A stretch of DNA of 48,059 nt from a candidate division WOR-3 bacterium (GCA_016934535.1 JAFGSQ010000002.1:1-48059), one strand, 5' to 3'; numbered from the stretch's first letter, positions 18,211 to 28,461 are shown. The notes: generated by a model from the letters alone, not told the origin. Program-made: numbers and translations.

Positions 18211-21200
18211 CATCTTACGTGAATGAATTTCCCGTTCTCTGAACCGAAGTCGGTCTGCATCATCCAGAAATAAGTGCCGGCCGAAATGTTTTCTCCGGCG
18301 TCGTCCCTGCCGTCCCATCCGAGGAAGTGCGTTCCTGCAGGGAGGAAAGTCTCGACACTGCGGATCTGTCTTCCCGTGATGTCGTAGACCAGCCATCTGA
18401 CAGAAGAATTTCCCGGCAGTGAAAGGCGTACTGAAACTTCATCTTTGAACAGGTTGGGTGAAGCGAGTCTGACAGAAAACACCTGCTGGCTTCCTACAGC
18501 TCCCGTGGAAGTTTCGATGTCCACCCTTTTTTGTGTTTTCAAAACGAGCCTGTAAGCGTCCGGGAGATCACCGGTGGAATTTTTTCCTCCGAGCAGGAAG
18601 AAATCGTTCACCTGGACTGAATCTGAAGACCCTTCATTTTCCCGCGAAATCAAAGAAGCGTTCGAAAGGACAATCGGAAGGTCGGTCATGTTGTACCATC
18701 CGTATCCGTTTTCGTATAGGAAGGAATTCGCCGAAAATGTCCCGGAATCTTTTCCGCCCGCAAAGAGCATGAAAGATCCTGAAGAACCCGCTGAAATCCC
18801 TTCCCTGTTAATCAGCGGTGTCCTGTAATCGGTCTGCCAGTTGATCACCACGGGAGAAGCTGGATTGACCCTGCCGAAATATACGTTGCCTCCGTAGATG
18901 TCCCCTCCGGCAAACACTATGCCGTCTTTAATGCCAACGGCTGTTCCACCTTCAAATCCTCCGGGAAGAGGCGTAGCGCCGATGAATTCACCCGAGTTTT
19001 CGTCGTAGAGGAAACACAGCGGTTTACCGCTCAGGTCGCTTTCGACTATATAAAGATAATCTCCGCCTATCCCGCTGAATCCTGCGAGAGTCGGAGAAAC
19101 GATGTTTTCAGGCAGATCCGCGGTTTCGAAACTCCCCGTTATCTTGTCGAAGATTATCAATTTATTTTCGAGAGCAGGGTCTTCTGATCTCATGTAAATT
19201 CTGTCCGTTGTAACGACTCCCTGTGCGTCTGTTATTCTGTATGGAATCGAAGCCGTGACGGTCCAGGTGTTGCCGTTAACGTCGTATTTCATGTGGACTG
19301 TATCAGCGAACACGTTGAGGTCGCCGTTCTCGTCAAACCACGGGACCGGACCTGAAACTGAAACCGGCATGTCGGCTATCTTCTCCCAGGAGGGTAAAAC
19401 GCATCTGATGGAGTAAAGCGACGTGTCATTGGAAGGATTCTGATCGCCCGGATACTCGATTATTATTTTTTTAACGTAGTGACGGTCTTCCGAGAGCGTG
19501 ATGTTTCCGAAATCAATCACGGCGCTGTCAAGATAAGCGAGACCGCTGACCGTGCGGACTTCATCCATCAGGACTGATCCGTTGCTTATATCTGTCACCT
19601 GAGCTCTGACAGTGAAATCCGCCGCCTGGGTTCCGTTGTTCCTGACAGTCGCCACAACATCATTGCTTCCCGAGGGCAGGAATTCTCCCTGAATATTGGG
19701 ATTGCCTCCGACTACAAAAGCGTCTTTGCTTTCTGAAGAATACAATCTTATGTTGTCTATGACGCAGGCTCCGTAATTCAGCCGGGAATAATAGACAAAC
19801 GCGACCTCGATCTTCGAAGCGTTGGCGAAAGAATCGCTGACGTCAGCCGAATCGAGCGCTCTGAAACTCGGAGTCGTCGCTCTTAAGTATGTCTTCACTG
19901 TGTACCAGGACGACCACACGCCTTCTTTCATTCCCGAAATCAGTACTTTTATCGAGTCGTACTGATTGTTGAATCCTATTCCCCAGACGAAATACTGAAG
20001 GTCTATTGGATTCCACTCCGCGGGGGATATTATAGTGTCGACGAGAGGGACGTTGTGTGAAGAAGTGGTTCCGATCCACGCGCTGTAATTGCCTGCGTAG
20101 TCGAGTTCAAGAGAGCTTATCGTCCCTTCGTCTCTTATGTTCCACCCGTTGGGCCAGTTGTTGGTGACAGTGTGAATCCAGTCCCATTTCGACTCATCTT
20201 CGAAGTTCCAGTTGATCTCGTCGACGTAAGGCCTGTTGAGAAGCCACACGTTGTCCAGTCCGAAAAACCTGGTGTCCGAAGTGCCGTCTCTGTGAATGTA
20301 AATAACTCCAACCTGCACGCTGTCGGCGTCCGCGAGTTCCGGAATTTCCTGATAAAACCAGTTAGCGGCCGTGTTTGCCGTGTACATGTAGGCTTGAAGC
20401 CAGTCTCCCCACACAGTGTTTCTGAATGTTCTGAACATAACTATCGCAGTGTCTCCCTGGATGGTTGTGCTCTTTCTCAGGTACGCAGTCCAGCAAAGAT
20501 ATTTATAATCAACAGCCACAGGCGCGGGAGGCGAATACGTCGTGTCGCAGACGTAGACATTTCCCGTTCCGATGGCCCACATGCTCCAGTTGTCCGAATT
20601 GGGCATGGTCACGCTGTTGTACGTTGAGGAAAGTCTTTGCCACGTTGTGGAGGTTTTCCATCCCTGGGTTCCCGGTTCGAACGTCCAGGGCGGGTCGAAG
20701 TATCCGGAAACTCCTATCTCGATGTAATGGGCGGGGGACCATCCTCCCATCAGCAGAGTGTCTGTAACAAGCCTCGCTCTCGACCTGACAGGGTATAAGC
20801 CTTCTGCGCTCCACTGGTGAAGCGAAGTCCTCGTCGTGTCCCACGCGGAATAAGCCCCGTCTCCCCAGTCGAACTGGTATTCAACCTGACCGAACGGAGA
20901 ATGCGCTGAATCAGACAGAAAAGTATAATTCGTATTTATGTATCCCCACGCGGGTCCCCACGGACTGTGCAGAGGGCCGACAAGAGGAACAAGGAATGTA
21001 TCCACCCTGACGTCGTCTATGTAAAATCCCGGTCCGTTTGCCGTCGTGCCGCTGTTGTCGGCCAGATTCCAGAGAATTTTCAGATCAGTCAGCGCTCTCA
21101 GCGGAGTGAGATTGACGCTGTAAAGAGTCCAGACGGCCTCGGTTCCCGTCCAACCCGGAAGCGTTATGCCCAGGGCCGACACGTTGAAAGTGCCGTTATA

Positions 21201-23243
21201 CACGGGGGCTATTAGATTTTGAGGAACAGTGTCCCAGTACATGCCGTCATAAAACCAGCTCGTCACCATTGCGGCGGAACCGTAGAACATAGTGACGCCG
21301 TCGTAATTGTATCTGCTGTCGTACCACATCCAGAAATACATCACCGATGAATCGGGCGACGAGACGTCTATGCTCGGCAGGGCAAAATAACTCGCGTCCG
21401 TATGATATATTCCGTCGAGGTCGGTCGCGGCCACATTGTAACCTGTTTTTGCCCCTAAAGGACCGGAAAACGGAATACCCACTTCCCAGTCTCCTGAAAT
21501 CAAATATCCCGCCGTATCCCAGGAAAATTCATAACCCCAGTAATAAATTGTGTTCTCGTTGAGAGCCACGGCTATGTGCGGAGGAGACCACGCCGACATC
21601 AGCGTAGTGTCGCCTGCGTCCCTAATCCTTGTCCTTATGTAGTATGTGCCGACTTCACCGTACGTCTTCGGCTGAATGTGCTGGACACTCCAGCCTGAAT
21701 AAGTTCCGTCCCCCCAGTCGAACTGGTACTCGGTCGGATTGACTACAATGTCGGATGTGAAATCATAAGAAGTCCCGGTTATACAGGTGTCCGGGCCCGT
21801 AGGCGCCGCAATCGGGCCGGCAATAAGCATGGCCGTGTCTATCCTGATATCATCTATGTAAAATCCGGCCTGATTCCCCGTAGTTCCGTCGTTGTCGCCG
21901 AATCTCCATAAAAGTCTTAGATCCTGCGAGTGCCTGTAAGGAGTCAGGTCTACTTCGTACAGGGTCCACAGCGGAGAAGAGCCTGTCCAGCCGGGCATAG
22001 TGGTACTCGTCCACGTTACGTTGTAACTGCCGGTGTAAGCAGGGACTATGCTGGCGCTAGGAACTGTGTCCCAGTAATAACCGGCGTTGTCCAAACCCCA
22101 GGTGAAAGAATCGCTTCCAACCCACAGGTTAACGCCGTCGTAATCTTGTCTTGAATTGTACCACATCCAGAAATACAGCTTCAGCGAGTCGCACATCGAA
22201 AGATCCATCTCCGGAGTATTCAGCCAACTGGCGTTAATGGAGTAATTTCCGTTGAGGTTTGTAGCCCAGACGTTGCCGCCGCTTCTCGCATCGAACGGTC
22301 CTGAATTCGGAATCCCCCACTGCCAGTCGCCGAGCTGGTGCAAACCGACGAATCCGCCGTCGTCGTATTCAAATCCCCAGTATCTCGCCGTCCTCGGCGT
22401 CACCATTATGGAGACGAAGGGAGGAGACCAGTTTGAGAACAAAGTGCTGTCAGCGGCGTCTCTTATTCTGCTCCTAACAAAATATGAACCCGGTTCGCTC
22501 CACTGTTTTGTCTGTGTGTTCATTATGTCCCAATCGGAATATGTTCCGTCCCCCCACGAGAACTGGTATTCATAGCTTCCTGCCACAACTTCCGAGGTGT
22601 AAACATAATCGGTGTTCACAAGACCGCTGTCGGTTCCCGTCGGCGCAGTCGCCGGGCCGGGGATGTTGCCAAGTTGAGAAGTTCTCAAAGACACGTTGTC
22701 GAGGCCGAAATAATAATCGGACCCCCATGTCGTCCCTCCTCTGTAGGAGAAACCCAGCTGAATCGTGTCAGCTCCCCTCGCATAAGCTGTTATGTCTATA
22801 GAGTCCCATATCGAGTAATTCGTGCCGAAATAAAACTGCAGCTGCTGCCATTCCGTCCATGTGCCGGAAACGCATCTTCTTACAAGCACTGCCGCCGTGT
22901 CGGCGTCCCTGCCTGTTCTGTATCTGTATCCTATTGTGTATTTGAGCCACTGTGTGTAAAAAAGCGAATCTGAAATTTTCGGAGAATACAGGGTGTCGCG
23001 CAGTGGATAGCTTCCTGCGCGGTTACTGCAAATCCACATACTCATTGTAAGAGGGTCGAGAGGTCTTATGCCTTCCTGATCGTAGACCCTCCATTCCCAC
23101 CTGCGCGGCCAGTTCTGACCCTGGATTCTTTTTGCCGAATTCCAGCCGTCCGTCCAGGGATTTGTTTCGAAATCCCAGAAATGATAAGCCGACAGCGCCT
23201 GAACCGCCGTCAGCAATGTGAGTACTATCAATATTTTTTTCAC
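18210..23243 (-). CDS. 1677-aa secreted modular protein: MAM/cleaved-adhesin-like, PKD-like and CARDB-like domains, Kelch-like propeller, FlgD-Ig/T9SS-like CTD
   Basis: Signal peptide; repeated WxFE...(L/I)D(N/D)(V/I) modules; three YQF(D/S)WGDG modules; NPSND Ig; W..IADMP/FAGG Kelch-like motifs; C-terminus YDITGRQIR...WDGRDDAG...SAGTYF...KFIHVR. Confidence 0.8.
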   Translation of the reverse strand: MKKILIVLTLLTAVQALSAYHFWDFETNPWTDGWNSAKRIQGQNWPRRWEWRVYDQEGIRPLDPLTMSMWICSNRAGSYPLRDTLYSPKISDSLFYTQWLKYTIGYRYRTGRDADTAAVLVRRCVSGTWTEWQQLQFYFGTNYSIWDSIDITAYARGADTIQLGFSYRGGTTWGSDYYFGLDNVSLRTSQLGNIPGPATAPTGTDSGLVNTDYVYTSEVVAGSYEYQFSWGDGTYSDWDIMNTQTKQWSEPGSYFVRSRIRDAADSTLFSNWSPPFVSIMVTPRTARYWGFEYDDGGFVGLHQLGDWQWGIPNSGPFDARSGGNVWATNLNGNYSINASWLNTPEMDLSMCDSLKLYFWMWYNSRQDYDGVNLWVGSDSFTWGLDNAGYYWDTVPSASIVPAYTGSYNVTWTSTTMPGWTGSSPLWTLYEVDLTPYRHSQDLRLLWRFGDNDGTTGNQAGFYIDDIRIDTAMLIAGPIAAPTGPDTCITGTSYDFTSDIVVNPTEYQFDWGDGTYSGWSVQHIQPKTYGEVGTYYIRTRIRDAGDTTLMSAWSPPHIAVALNENTIYYWGYEFSWDTAGYLISGDWEVGIPFSGPLGAKTGYNVAATDLDGIYHTDASYFALPSIDVSSPDSSVMYFWMWYDSRYNYDGVTMFYGSAAMVTSWFYDGMYWDTVPQNLIAPVYNGTFNVSALGITLPGWTGTEAVWTLYSVNLTPLRALTDLKILWNLADNSGTTANGPGFYIDDVRVDTFLVPLVGPLHSPWGPAWGYINTNYTFLSDSAHSPFGQVEYQFDWGDGAYSAWDTTRTSLHQWSAEGLYPVRSRARLVTDTLLMGGWSPAHYIEIGVSGYFDPPWTFEPGTQGWKTSTTWQRLSSTYNSVTMPNSDNWSMWAIGTGNVYVCDTTYSPPAPVAVDYKYLCWTAYLRKSTTIQGDTAIVMFRTFRNTVWGDWLQAYMYTANTAANWFYQEIPELADADSVQVGVIYIHRDGTSDTRFFGLDNVWLLNRPYVDEINWNFEDESKWDWIHTVTNNWPNGWNIRDEGTISSLELDYAGNYSAWIGTTSSHNVPLVDTIISPAEWNPIDLQYFVWGIGFNNQYDSIKVLISGMKEGVWSSWYTVKTYLRATTPSFRALDSADVSDSFANASKIEVAFVYYSRLNYGACVIDNIRLYSSESKDAFVVGGNPNIQGEFLPSGSNDVVATVRNNGTQAADFTVRAQVTDISNGSVLMDEVRTVSGLAYLDSAVIDFGNITLSEDRHYVKKIIIEYPGDQNPSNDTSLYSIRCVLPSWEKIADMPVSVSGPVPWFDENGDLNVFADTVHMKYDVNGNTWTVTASIPYRITDAQGVVTTDRIYMRSEDPALENKLIIFDKITGSFETADLPENIVSPTLAGFSGIGGDYLYIVESDLSGKPLCFLYDENSGEFIGATPLPGGFEGGTAVGIKDGIVFAGGDIYGGNVYFGRVNPASPVVINWQTDYRTPLINREGISAGSSGSFMLFAGGKDSGTFSANSFLYENGYGWYNMTDLPIVLSNASLISRENEGSSDSVQVNDFFLLGGKNSTGDLPDAYRLVLKTQKRVDIETSTGAVGSQQVFSVRLASPNLFKDEVSVRLSLPGNSSVRWLVYDITGRQIRSVETFLPAGTHFLGWDGRDDAGENISAGTYFWMMQTDFGSENGKFIHVR
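20725..22660 (-). repeat. Intragenic domain repeats (three PKD-like alternating with two MAM-like); boundaries approximate
   Basis: GP..P.G...EYQF(S/D)WGDG.YS.W...WSP occurs three times; WG(F/Y)E...GIP.SGP...FWMWY.SR..YDGV...WDTVP...PGWTG...WTLY.V.LTP...GFYIDD(I/V)R(I/V)DT occurs twice. Confidence 0.85.
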
Positions 23244-23257
23244 TTATTCCCCCTCCG

Positions 23258-26014
23258 TCAGTAAACTTCGTTCCAATAGACGTATTTCTTCTTAAAGCCG
23301 GGGCCGGTAATTGTTCTTATTATCGGGCCGGAACTCGTCATTACTATGACGACAGGACCGTCGGGTCCCACTGTCACCTGAGGAGAAGATGGAATTCCTA
23401 TGTGCCCGAGGTCTATGGTCTCGACGAGTCTACCCTCCAGAAGCGACGCGACATACATCCTCGCGTAGCCGGCGCCGATGTCGCACGGCCCGGCTTCAGC
23501 TGTGTCCGGAGCGAAAGTCGTCCAATAGACGTTGTTGCTGTAAATGAGAGGGAGGGAGGTCACTTTTTCACCGGGATGCGTGTGCCTGTAGTAAAATCCA
23601 TTGTCTCCCGGAGCAGAAGCGGTCCCTGTCAAAGCGGCCATGTCGCTCATGTCAGCCGGTAAACCCGCTGTCGGAGGGGACATAAGCATGAAAAAATAAC
23701 CGTATCTGGTCGTATCCATGGGATTGTCCCTGTTCCCTGAGCCCCAGCAGTACCAGTATTCTCCGCTGAAATCCTGCGCGACGGCCACGGGGAAAAAACA
23801 CGCCATGTCGGCGTCTGCCGGCGCTCCGGTAGTAGCGCTGAAAGCTGTCCTTATAGACCAGTTGCCGGGATTTGTGTCCGATTCTGTGTCCATTATGAGA
23901 AGGTTTCCGGCAAGGTCCGGAGCTATAACATTGTCTACAAATCCGTTTATGTTCATGTCCGTCATAGCGAGCGAAGCGGCAATTCCGTTGCTGTTGGGAT
24001 TTTCCCATCCTTTGGCCCATGCGGTATTTTCTTTGAGAGCCCAGAAAGCGAAAAAATCTCCCGTGTCGGGAACGAAAGAGCCTGCCGTGTCGGGCGCGTA
24101 GCCGCCTCCTATGAAATAACCCCACATCTGTATTGCCGAATCGCTTCCGACGGGGTCTGTGTCTACTCTGAATTGCCCCGCTGTAGGCTGTGACCAGGTG
24201 TCCGCGAATCTTTTGTACAAACCTCCTACGAGCGTGCCGGATATCTCCGCGAGAAATTTAGGATACTCGGAGGAATCCGGATTTGTCGGAACATAAGTTA
24301 TGTCGAGAAGTATATAATTCGGTCCTCCTTCTCTCTGTCCGACAATCAAAACAGTCCGCCAGTCGTCGGCGTCTTTTAACCCGTTTCCGTTGACGTCCGA
24401 CCAGAGGTCGGCCGCCGTCACCGGACCGTCGAGGATGTAAGTATGCTGATTGTCGAGAGCCCATATTTTGAGCCTGTTCATTGCAAATCTCGGCACCCAC
24501 GCCCATACTTCTTTTCCTGTCGAGGCGTCGAAACAATGGAGAACTCCCGTGTTAGTTCCGACATAAACCCGTTTTCTCTGATCCCTGTAAGCGTTGTTTT
24601 TCCTGAAATGCACATACGAAGGGTCTCCCGTGTAGAACGGGCTCGGCGCTCCGATCATCAGGGGAGCGCTGTGGAAAATGTCGCCAATTTTCCAGCCGGG
24701 AGTAGCAGAGCTGTATCCTTCTCTCGTTCTCTGAACAATGAGATCTTTTTCCCACGCCGAAAACACGTTGACATCCGAAGGAAGCACGTTAAGAAAACTG
24801 AATTCGGTCTTGGCTCCCAGATTGTTTGTAAAAAATATGTTCCTCGATGAGGAAGGCGTCTGCTGAAGCGATTCGCCGGCCGTCCATATTTCCGAGCCCA
24901 GCATGGTGTCGCCAGTGAAGACGACGGCTCTCAGCTGGCCGTCCCAGAATCCTCCTGATTGAGGCCTGAAAGTCGCGTAGACAATCGCCGTGTCGCTTAT
25001 CATCGTCCTGACTACAGGAACACTGGCGGGTGAAAACGAGAAATTGTTCTCGAGAATGGATTGGAATATGTTCTGAAGGGAATTCGCGAGTTCGTCGGCG
25101 GTCTGCGCTATATACGCGTAACCGTCGCAGTAATGATAAGAGGGGGGAAGTGCGTGGTATCCGGTACCGTGAGCGGATCTCGGATTGTACCAACCGTTGG
25201 ACGATCCCCATCCGGAGGGAATCGGCTGAGGCCAGGTCCACGGGTTGTGGACGTGTGTGTGAGGTGGATTGTACTGCAAGTCCGAGTAATTGTATTTATC
25301 GGGATTGTCAGTTCCCGACCAGTAAGCCGCCCAGTTGAGTTCGTTTCTTCCTCTCTGTGTTATGCCTGTGCCGAAGCCTACCAAAAAGACAGGTATGTCT
25401 CTGTCTCTTGTGCTTATTGCGGCTTCCCTTACTATACTCCAGCTTCCGCGCCATTCGTCAGACACGGTTATCTGTGAATAAGAAGCGCTCGTTCCGAAAC
25501 CGTTGGATTCTCCGTCAGTGACGAAAATCAGATAATAACTCCTGCAGTCGAGATCGGGGTGAGTCGTGTCGTAGTTATGTATGTAGTTGGAAGAGTAATA
25601 AATAGCAGGTCCATTGGGAGTGTAGCCGCCGTTTGTAGTGTAGTTCATGTGCGACCATATTGTCGAATAGGGAGTGCCGAAAGTGTCCGCCCTGAGACTT
25701 CCCGTAGCTTCTCCGGGAAGATAAATGTAAGGGCCGGGATTAAAAGTTCCTGTCGGCGTGTTGTAGAAAAAACCCGTCGCCAGATCGACTCCCAGAATGT
25801 CCTTGTCCGAATCCTCTACGGTGCCGTCGCCGTCGGCGTCGAGAAGATTTTTCATGACGGCGAGGGCCTGCGTTATCCTCGTGCCCGACATGCTTCCCGA
25901 TCTGTCGAGGAATATCATTGCGGCAGGTTCAGCCGCTACCCTGAAAAGGACTTCGTCGTTAGCGGCCGACAACGCGGGAAGGAAGAGCAGCAATATAAGC
26001 GTTTTCCATTTCAT
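23258..26014 (-). CDS. pilY1: PilY1/PilC-like pilus-tip adhesin (vWA domain plus beta-propeller)
   Basis: MIDAS DRSGS..TP..VTDGE; IGDIFHSAP, YVGTNTGVLHCFD..TGKEVWAWVP, LDG; Ca-loop DMNINGFVD. Start ATG 26014 after an AAGGAGG SD. Confidence 0.88.
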   Translation of the reverse strand: MKWKTLILLLFLPALSAANDEVLFRVAAEPAAMIFLDRSGSMSGTRITQALAVMKNLLDADGDGTVEDSDKDILGVDLATGFFYNTPTGTFNPGPYIYLPGEATGSLRADTFGTPYSTIWSHMNYTTNGGYTPNGPAIYYSSNYIHNYDTTHPDLDCRSYYLIFVTDGESNGFGTSASYSQITVSDEWRGSWSIVREAAISTRDRDIPVFLVGFGTGITQRGRNELNWAAYWSGTDNPDKYNYSDLQYNPPHTHVHNPWTWPQPIPSGWGSSNGWYNPRSAHGTGYHALPPSYHYCDGYAYIAQTADELANSLQNIFQSILENNFSFSPASVPVVRTMISDTAIVYATFRPQSGGFWDGQLRAVVFTGDTMLGSEIWTAGESLQQTPSSSRNIFFTNNLGAKTEFSFLNVLPSDVNVFSAWEKDLIVQRTREGYSSATPGWKIGDIFHSAPLMIGAPSPFYTGDPSYVHFRKNNAYRDQRKRVYVGTNTGVLHCFDASTGKEVWAWVPRFAMNRLKIWALDNQHTYILDGPVTAADLWSDVNGNGLKDADDWRTVLIVGQREGGPNYILLDITYVPTNPDSSEYPKFLAEISGTLVGGLYKRFADTWSQPTAGQFRVDTDPVGSDSAIQMWGYFIGGGYAPDTAGSFVPDTGDFFAFWALKENTAWAKGWENPNSNGIAASLAMTDMNINGFVDNVIAPDLAGNLLIMDTESDTNPGNWSIRTAFSATTGAPADADMACFFPVAVAQDFSGEYWYCWGSGNRDNPMDTTRYGYFFMLMSPPTAGLPADMSDMAALTGTASAPGDNGFYYRHTHPGEKVTSLPLIYSNNVYWTTFAPDTAEAGPCDIGAGYARMYVASLLEGRLVETIDLGHIGIPSSPQVTVGPDGPVVIVMTSSGPIIRTITGPGFKKKYVYWNEVY

Positions 26015-26024
26015 GTTTCCCTCC

Positions 26025-26558
26025 TTACCTCGTGTCTGTTGAATTCGTGAGATCGACAACGACGGCTACGGGAAGGCAAGCCTTGCCCGAACCGAGCTGT
26101 ATTTCCATCACGGTGTAATAAATGCCCTCAGAAACAAATTTTCCTTCTTCGAAATATACGGCGTAATGCCAGGCGTCCCTGTTTAGTATCTTTCCCATAA
26201 ATGAAATCTCGGTGTTGTCGGGAGACCTTAAAGGGAATCCCGGTTCATATCCTTTTAGACGTCCGATCTCAAAACCGTACTCGTCCGGTCCGTGATAATA
26301 AACGATGACCGGGTCGAAGACAAATATACCGGAGGGGAGAGAGGGGTCACGATTCGTCTGGTAATCTTCGAGAACGGCTTTTCGGATATCGTCTGTTTCA
26401 AGGGCAGTCGAAGAGACGGAGGGACCGGCTGTTCTCAAAGGGATCCATTTGACCCGCTCTCTCTCCTGCGGAGGGTTCATGTCTTCGTTCTGATCGAACG
26501 CCGAAACGCTCTGAAAGAGAGACGCCGCCAAAAAAATTATCAATACTGTTTTAATCAT
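26025..26558 (-). CDS. Secreted hypothetical protein within the pilin operon
   Basis: Sec-type signal peptide ending VSA; AAGGAGG SD; 16 and 10 nt gaps to its neighbours. Confidence 0.75.
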   Translation of the reverse strand: MIKTVLIIFLAASLFQSVSAFDQNEDMNPPQERERVKWIPLRTAGPSVSSTALETDDIRKAVLEDYQTNRDPSLPSGIFVFDPVIVYYHGPDEYGFEIGRLKGYEPGFPLRSPDNTEISFMGKILNRDAWHYAVYFEEGKFVSEGIYYTVMEIQLGSGKACLPVAVVVDLTNSTDTR

Positions 26559-26574
26559 TTCGTTTCCTCCTTGT

Positions 26575-27018
26575 CTACGGATAACCGGTGGTTCCGCCGG
26601 GCACTGGCGCCGCAGTGGTTCCCACCAATATCTGTGAACGACCTCTGCGCGGAGAGGATATCTGCTCTTCGCCCGTTATCTTGTAAGAGTAATTCAAAGC
26701 GACGAGTGCTCTTTCGTTAGCGGTCCACGATGAAGTGTAACCGGGAAGAATTCTCGTCGTCTTTGTCATAGTGTCGACGTCGCATCTGACATTGCCAATC
26801 GAAAAAGAGTCTCCGTGGTCGGGTTGATAGACGGTTCCAAGCGTTGCCGTCACTCTTTCTGCCCCGGCTTCGGTCCCCCTGAATGCCTGTGTTTTGTGTT
26901 TAATTACATCGGTTATCCGCATGTCCGATGTCGCGAGCATAAACGCCGCTCCGACGAGAAGAGCTCCGGCGACAAGAATGCTCAGCGCTAGAATCAGAGC
27001 TATTCCTTTTCTTTCCAT
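26575..27018 (-). CDS. pilX: PilX-like minor pilin
   Basis: ERKG|IALILAL without Glu5, then QAFRGTEAG; follows pilW. Confidence 0.78.
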   Translation of the reverse strand: MERKGIALILALSILVAGALLVGAAFMLATSDMRITDVIKHKTQAFRGTEAGAERVTATLGTVYQPDHGDSFSIGNVRCDVDTMTKTTRILPGYTSSWTANERALVALNYSYKITGEEQISSPRRGRSQILVGTTAAPVPGGTTGYP

Positions 27019-27027
27019 CTGCCCCCC

Positions 27028-27633
27028 TTACATCCTGCTTCTTATGGTCACGATGCGACTGAATGTTATCGTGTCCGCTGAAGTTTGATTTCTTACAGCC
27101 CTCTGATTGTAGGTCGTCACCCTGAGTTCGACGTGAGTGACGGCGAGAGGATCGATTGTTATTGAACCGTTTACGTCCAATGGAACTATGTCAAAATTAT
27201 CAACTCCCGGAATCAGCATATTGTATGTGTACGCTCCGGCACTGTACCTTATGTTGTATACATTTCTGGACGCTGCGTCATATATTATGCCGAAAGTCTC
27301 CTGCGCCGTGTCTAGAGAACCGTTGCCGAAAGTGGCTTCAGGATAGACGTCCGCGTAATAACAAAAAGAGTCGTTGCCTACAGCGCTGTGGTAAAGTTTG
27401 AAAACCTTGAAAATCGTGGTGTCCTGAAATTCTCTCGTGTTTCCCGGTATCGCCCTCATTTCTTTCGCGGCGATCCTCAGGATGGCCTCCGCGGATTGTA
27501 TGGCTTCCGACCTTCCTTCGATGATCGACTGATGATTGCGTTCCTGCGTGTAATAATAGACCAGGACACCTATCATCGCCAATCCCATAGTAAGGGCGCC
27601 GAGAAGCTCTATAAGTGAAAATCCTTTTTTCAT
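27028..27633 (-). CDS. pilW: PilW-like minor pilin
   Basis: KKG|FSLIELL prepilin site; about 200 aa; third in the cluster. Confidence 0.72.
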   Translation of the reverse strand: MKKGFSLIELLGALTMGLAMIGVLVYYYTQERNHQSIIEGRSEAIQSAEAILRIAAKEMRAIPGNTREFQDTTIFKVFKLYHSAVGNDSFCYYADVYPEATFGNGSLDTAQETFGIIYDAASRNVYNIRYSAGAYTYNMLIPGVDNFDIVPLDVNGSITIDPLAVTHVELRVTTYNQRAVRNQTSADTITFSRIVTIRSRM

Positions 27634-27638
27634 TTCTT

Positions 27639-27989
27639 TCACCTCTCAGCTACGTAAGTTTGTATCGTGTCGTATACTGTCTGACCCGATCTGTTCCTCC
27701 AGGAATAAATAACAGACAGGCTTTTTGCCCTCAAACCTGCCGTGTCGGGATTGACCGTCCACGTCATTCTTGTCGTACCGAAAGTGGAATCTCCGCTGGT
27801 TATCAAGTCGTAATCTATACTCTTTATCCATTCCATGAAATCTTCGAGGTCATTGATGGCCTTTTTTTCGATCCTGACGCTCAATTCCGCTTCCATCGTC
27901 CTCACTCTCGCCGCTCCGAGCGCCACAACCCCTATGGCGAACAAAACGACAACTACGAGGACTTCAAGATAGGAAAAGCCTTTTTTCAT
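27639..27989 (-). CDS. pilV: PilV-like minor pilin
   Basis: KKG|FSYLEVLVVVVLFAIGVVAL; short; second in the cluster. Confidence 0.75.
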   Translation of the reverse strand: MKKGFSYLEVLVVVVLFAIGVVALGAARVRTMEAELSVRIEKKAINDLEDFMEWIKSIDYDLITSGDSTFGTTRMTWTVNPDTAGLRAKSLSVIYSWRNRSGQTVYDTIQTYVAER

Positions 27990-27999
27990 AATCACTCCC

Positions 28000-28461
28000 T
28001 CAGTATTTGACTATTCTGGCGATTCCGGTCGCAGGAATCACTTTTATAGAGAGTTTTCTTGTTCCGCTCGCAATCATAACTGAATCTCTCGGAGACGTTC
28101 CAAGAGCGTATGTTACGGCTCCTGTCGGCAGAAAAAATATTTCTCCGTAATATCCGGTATTGAGAGTGACATTGCTCGGGATTTCTCCAGCCGTGCCCAA
28201 GGAATGGGCAGAACCGGCTATACCGCCCTGCCATTTGCAGAGTTCGTATTTACCGGAGGGACTGTTTATTCTGACTAACACTGTGTCTGCCCTGGTTATA
28301 GCAAGTTCTCTCGCTTCCCTTACGGCTCCAACAATCTGTCTCGTCGCTCTGTCAACTTTGTCGTTCAAAACCCTGACGAGAGGAATCGATATAGAGACTA
28401 TCAAGCCAATCAGAACGACCACAACCATTAGCTCAATAATCGAATACCCGTATTTTTTCAT
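28000..28461 (-). CDS. fimU: FimT/FimU (GspH-like) minor pilin
   Basis: KKYG|YSIIELMVVV, ARELAI, IFFLPTG; GGAGG SD before ATG 28461. Confidence 0.78.
   Translation of the reverse strand: MKKYGYSIIELMVVVVLIGLIVSISIPLVRVLNDKVDRATRQIVGAVREARELAITRADTVLVRINSPSGKYELCKWQGGIAGSAHSLGTAGEIPSNVTLNTGYYGEIFFLPTGAVTYALGTSPRDSVMIASGTRKLSIKVIPATGIARIVKY

Noticed and set aside
18210-28461. Pilus/adhesin region as a mobile island (looks somewhat GC-richer)
   Set aside because: No integrase, transposase, tRNA or flanking repeats; the Gly/Pro/Trp-rich proteins can explain the composition.
26575-28461. T2SS pseudopilins GspHIJK
   Set aside because: The adjacent PilY1 and the short PilX-like protein favour type IVa minor pilins.
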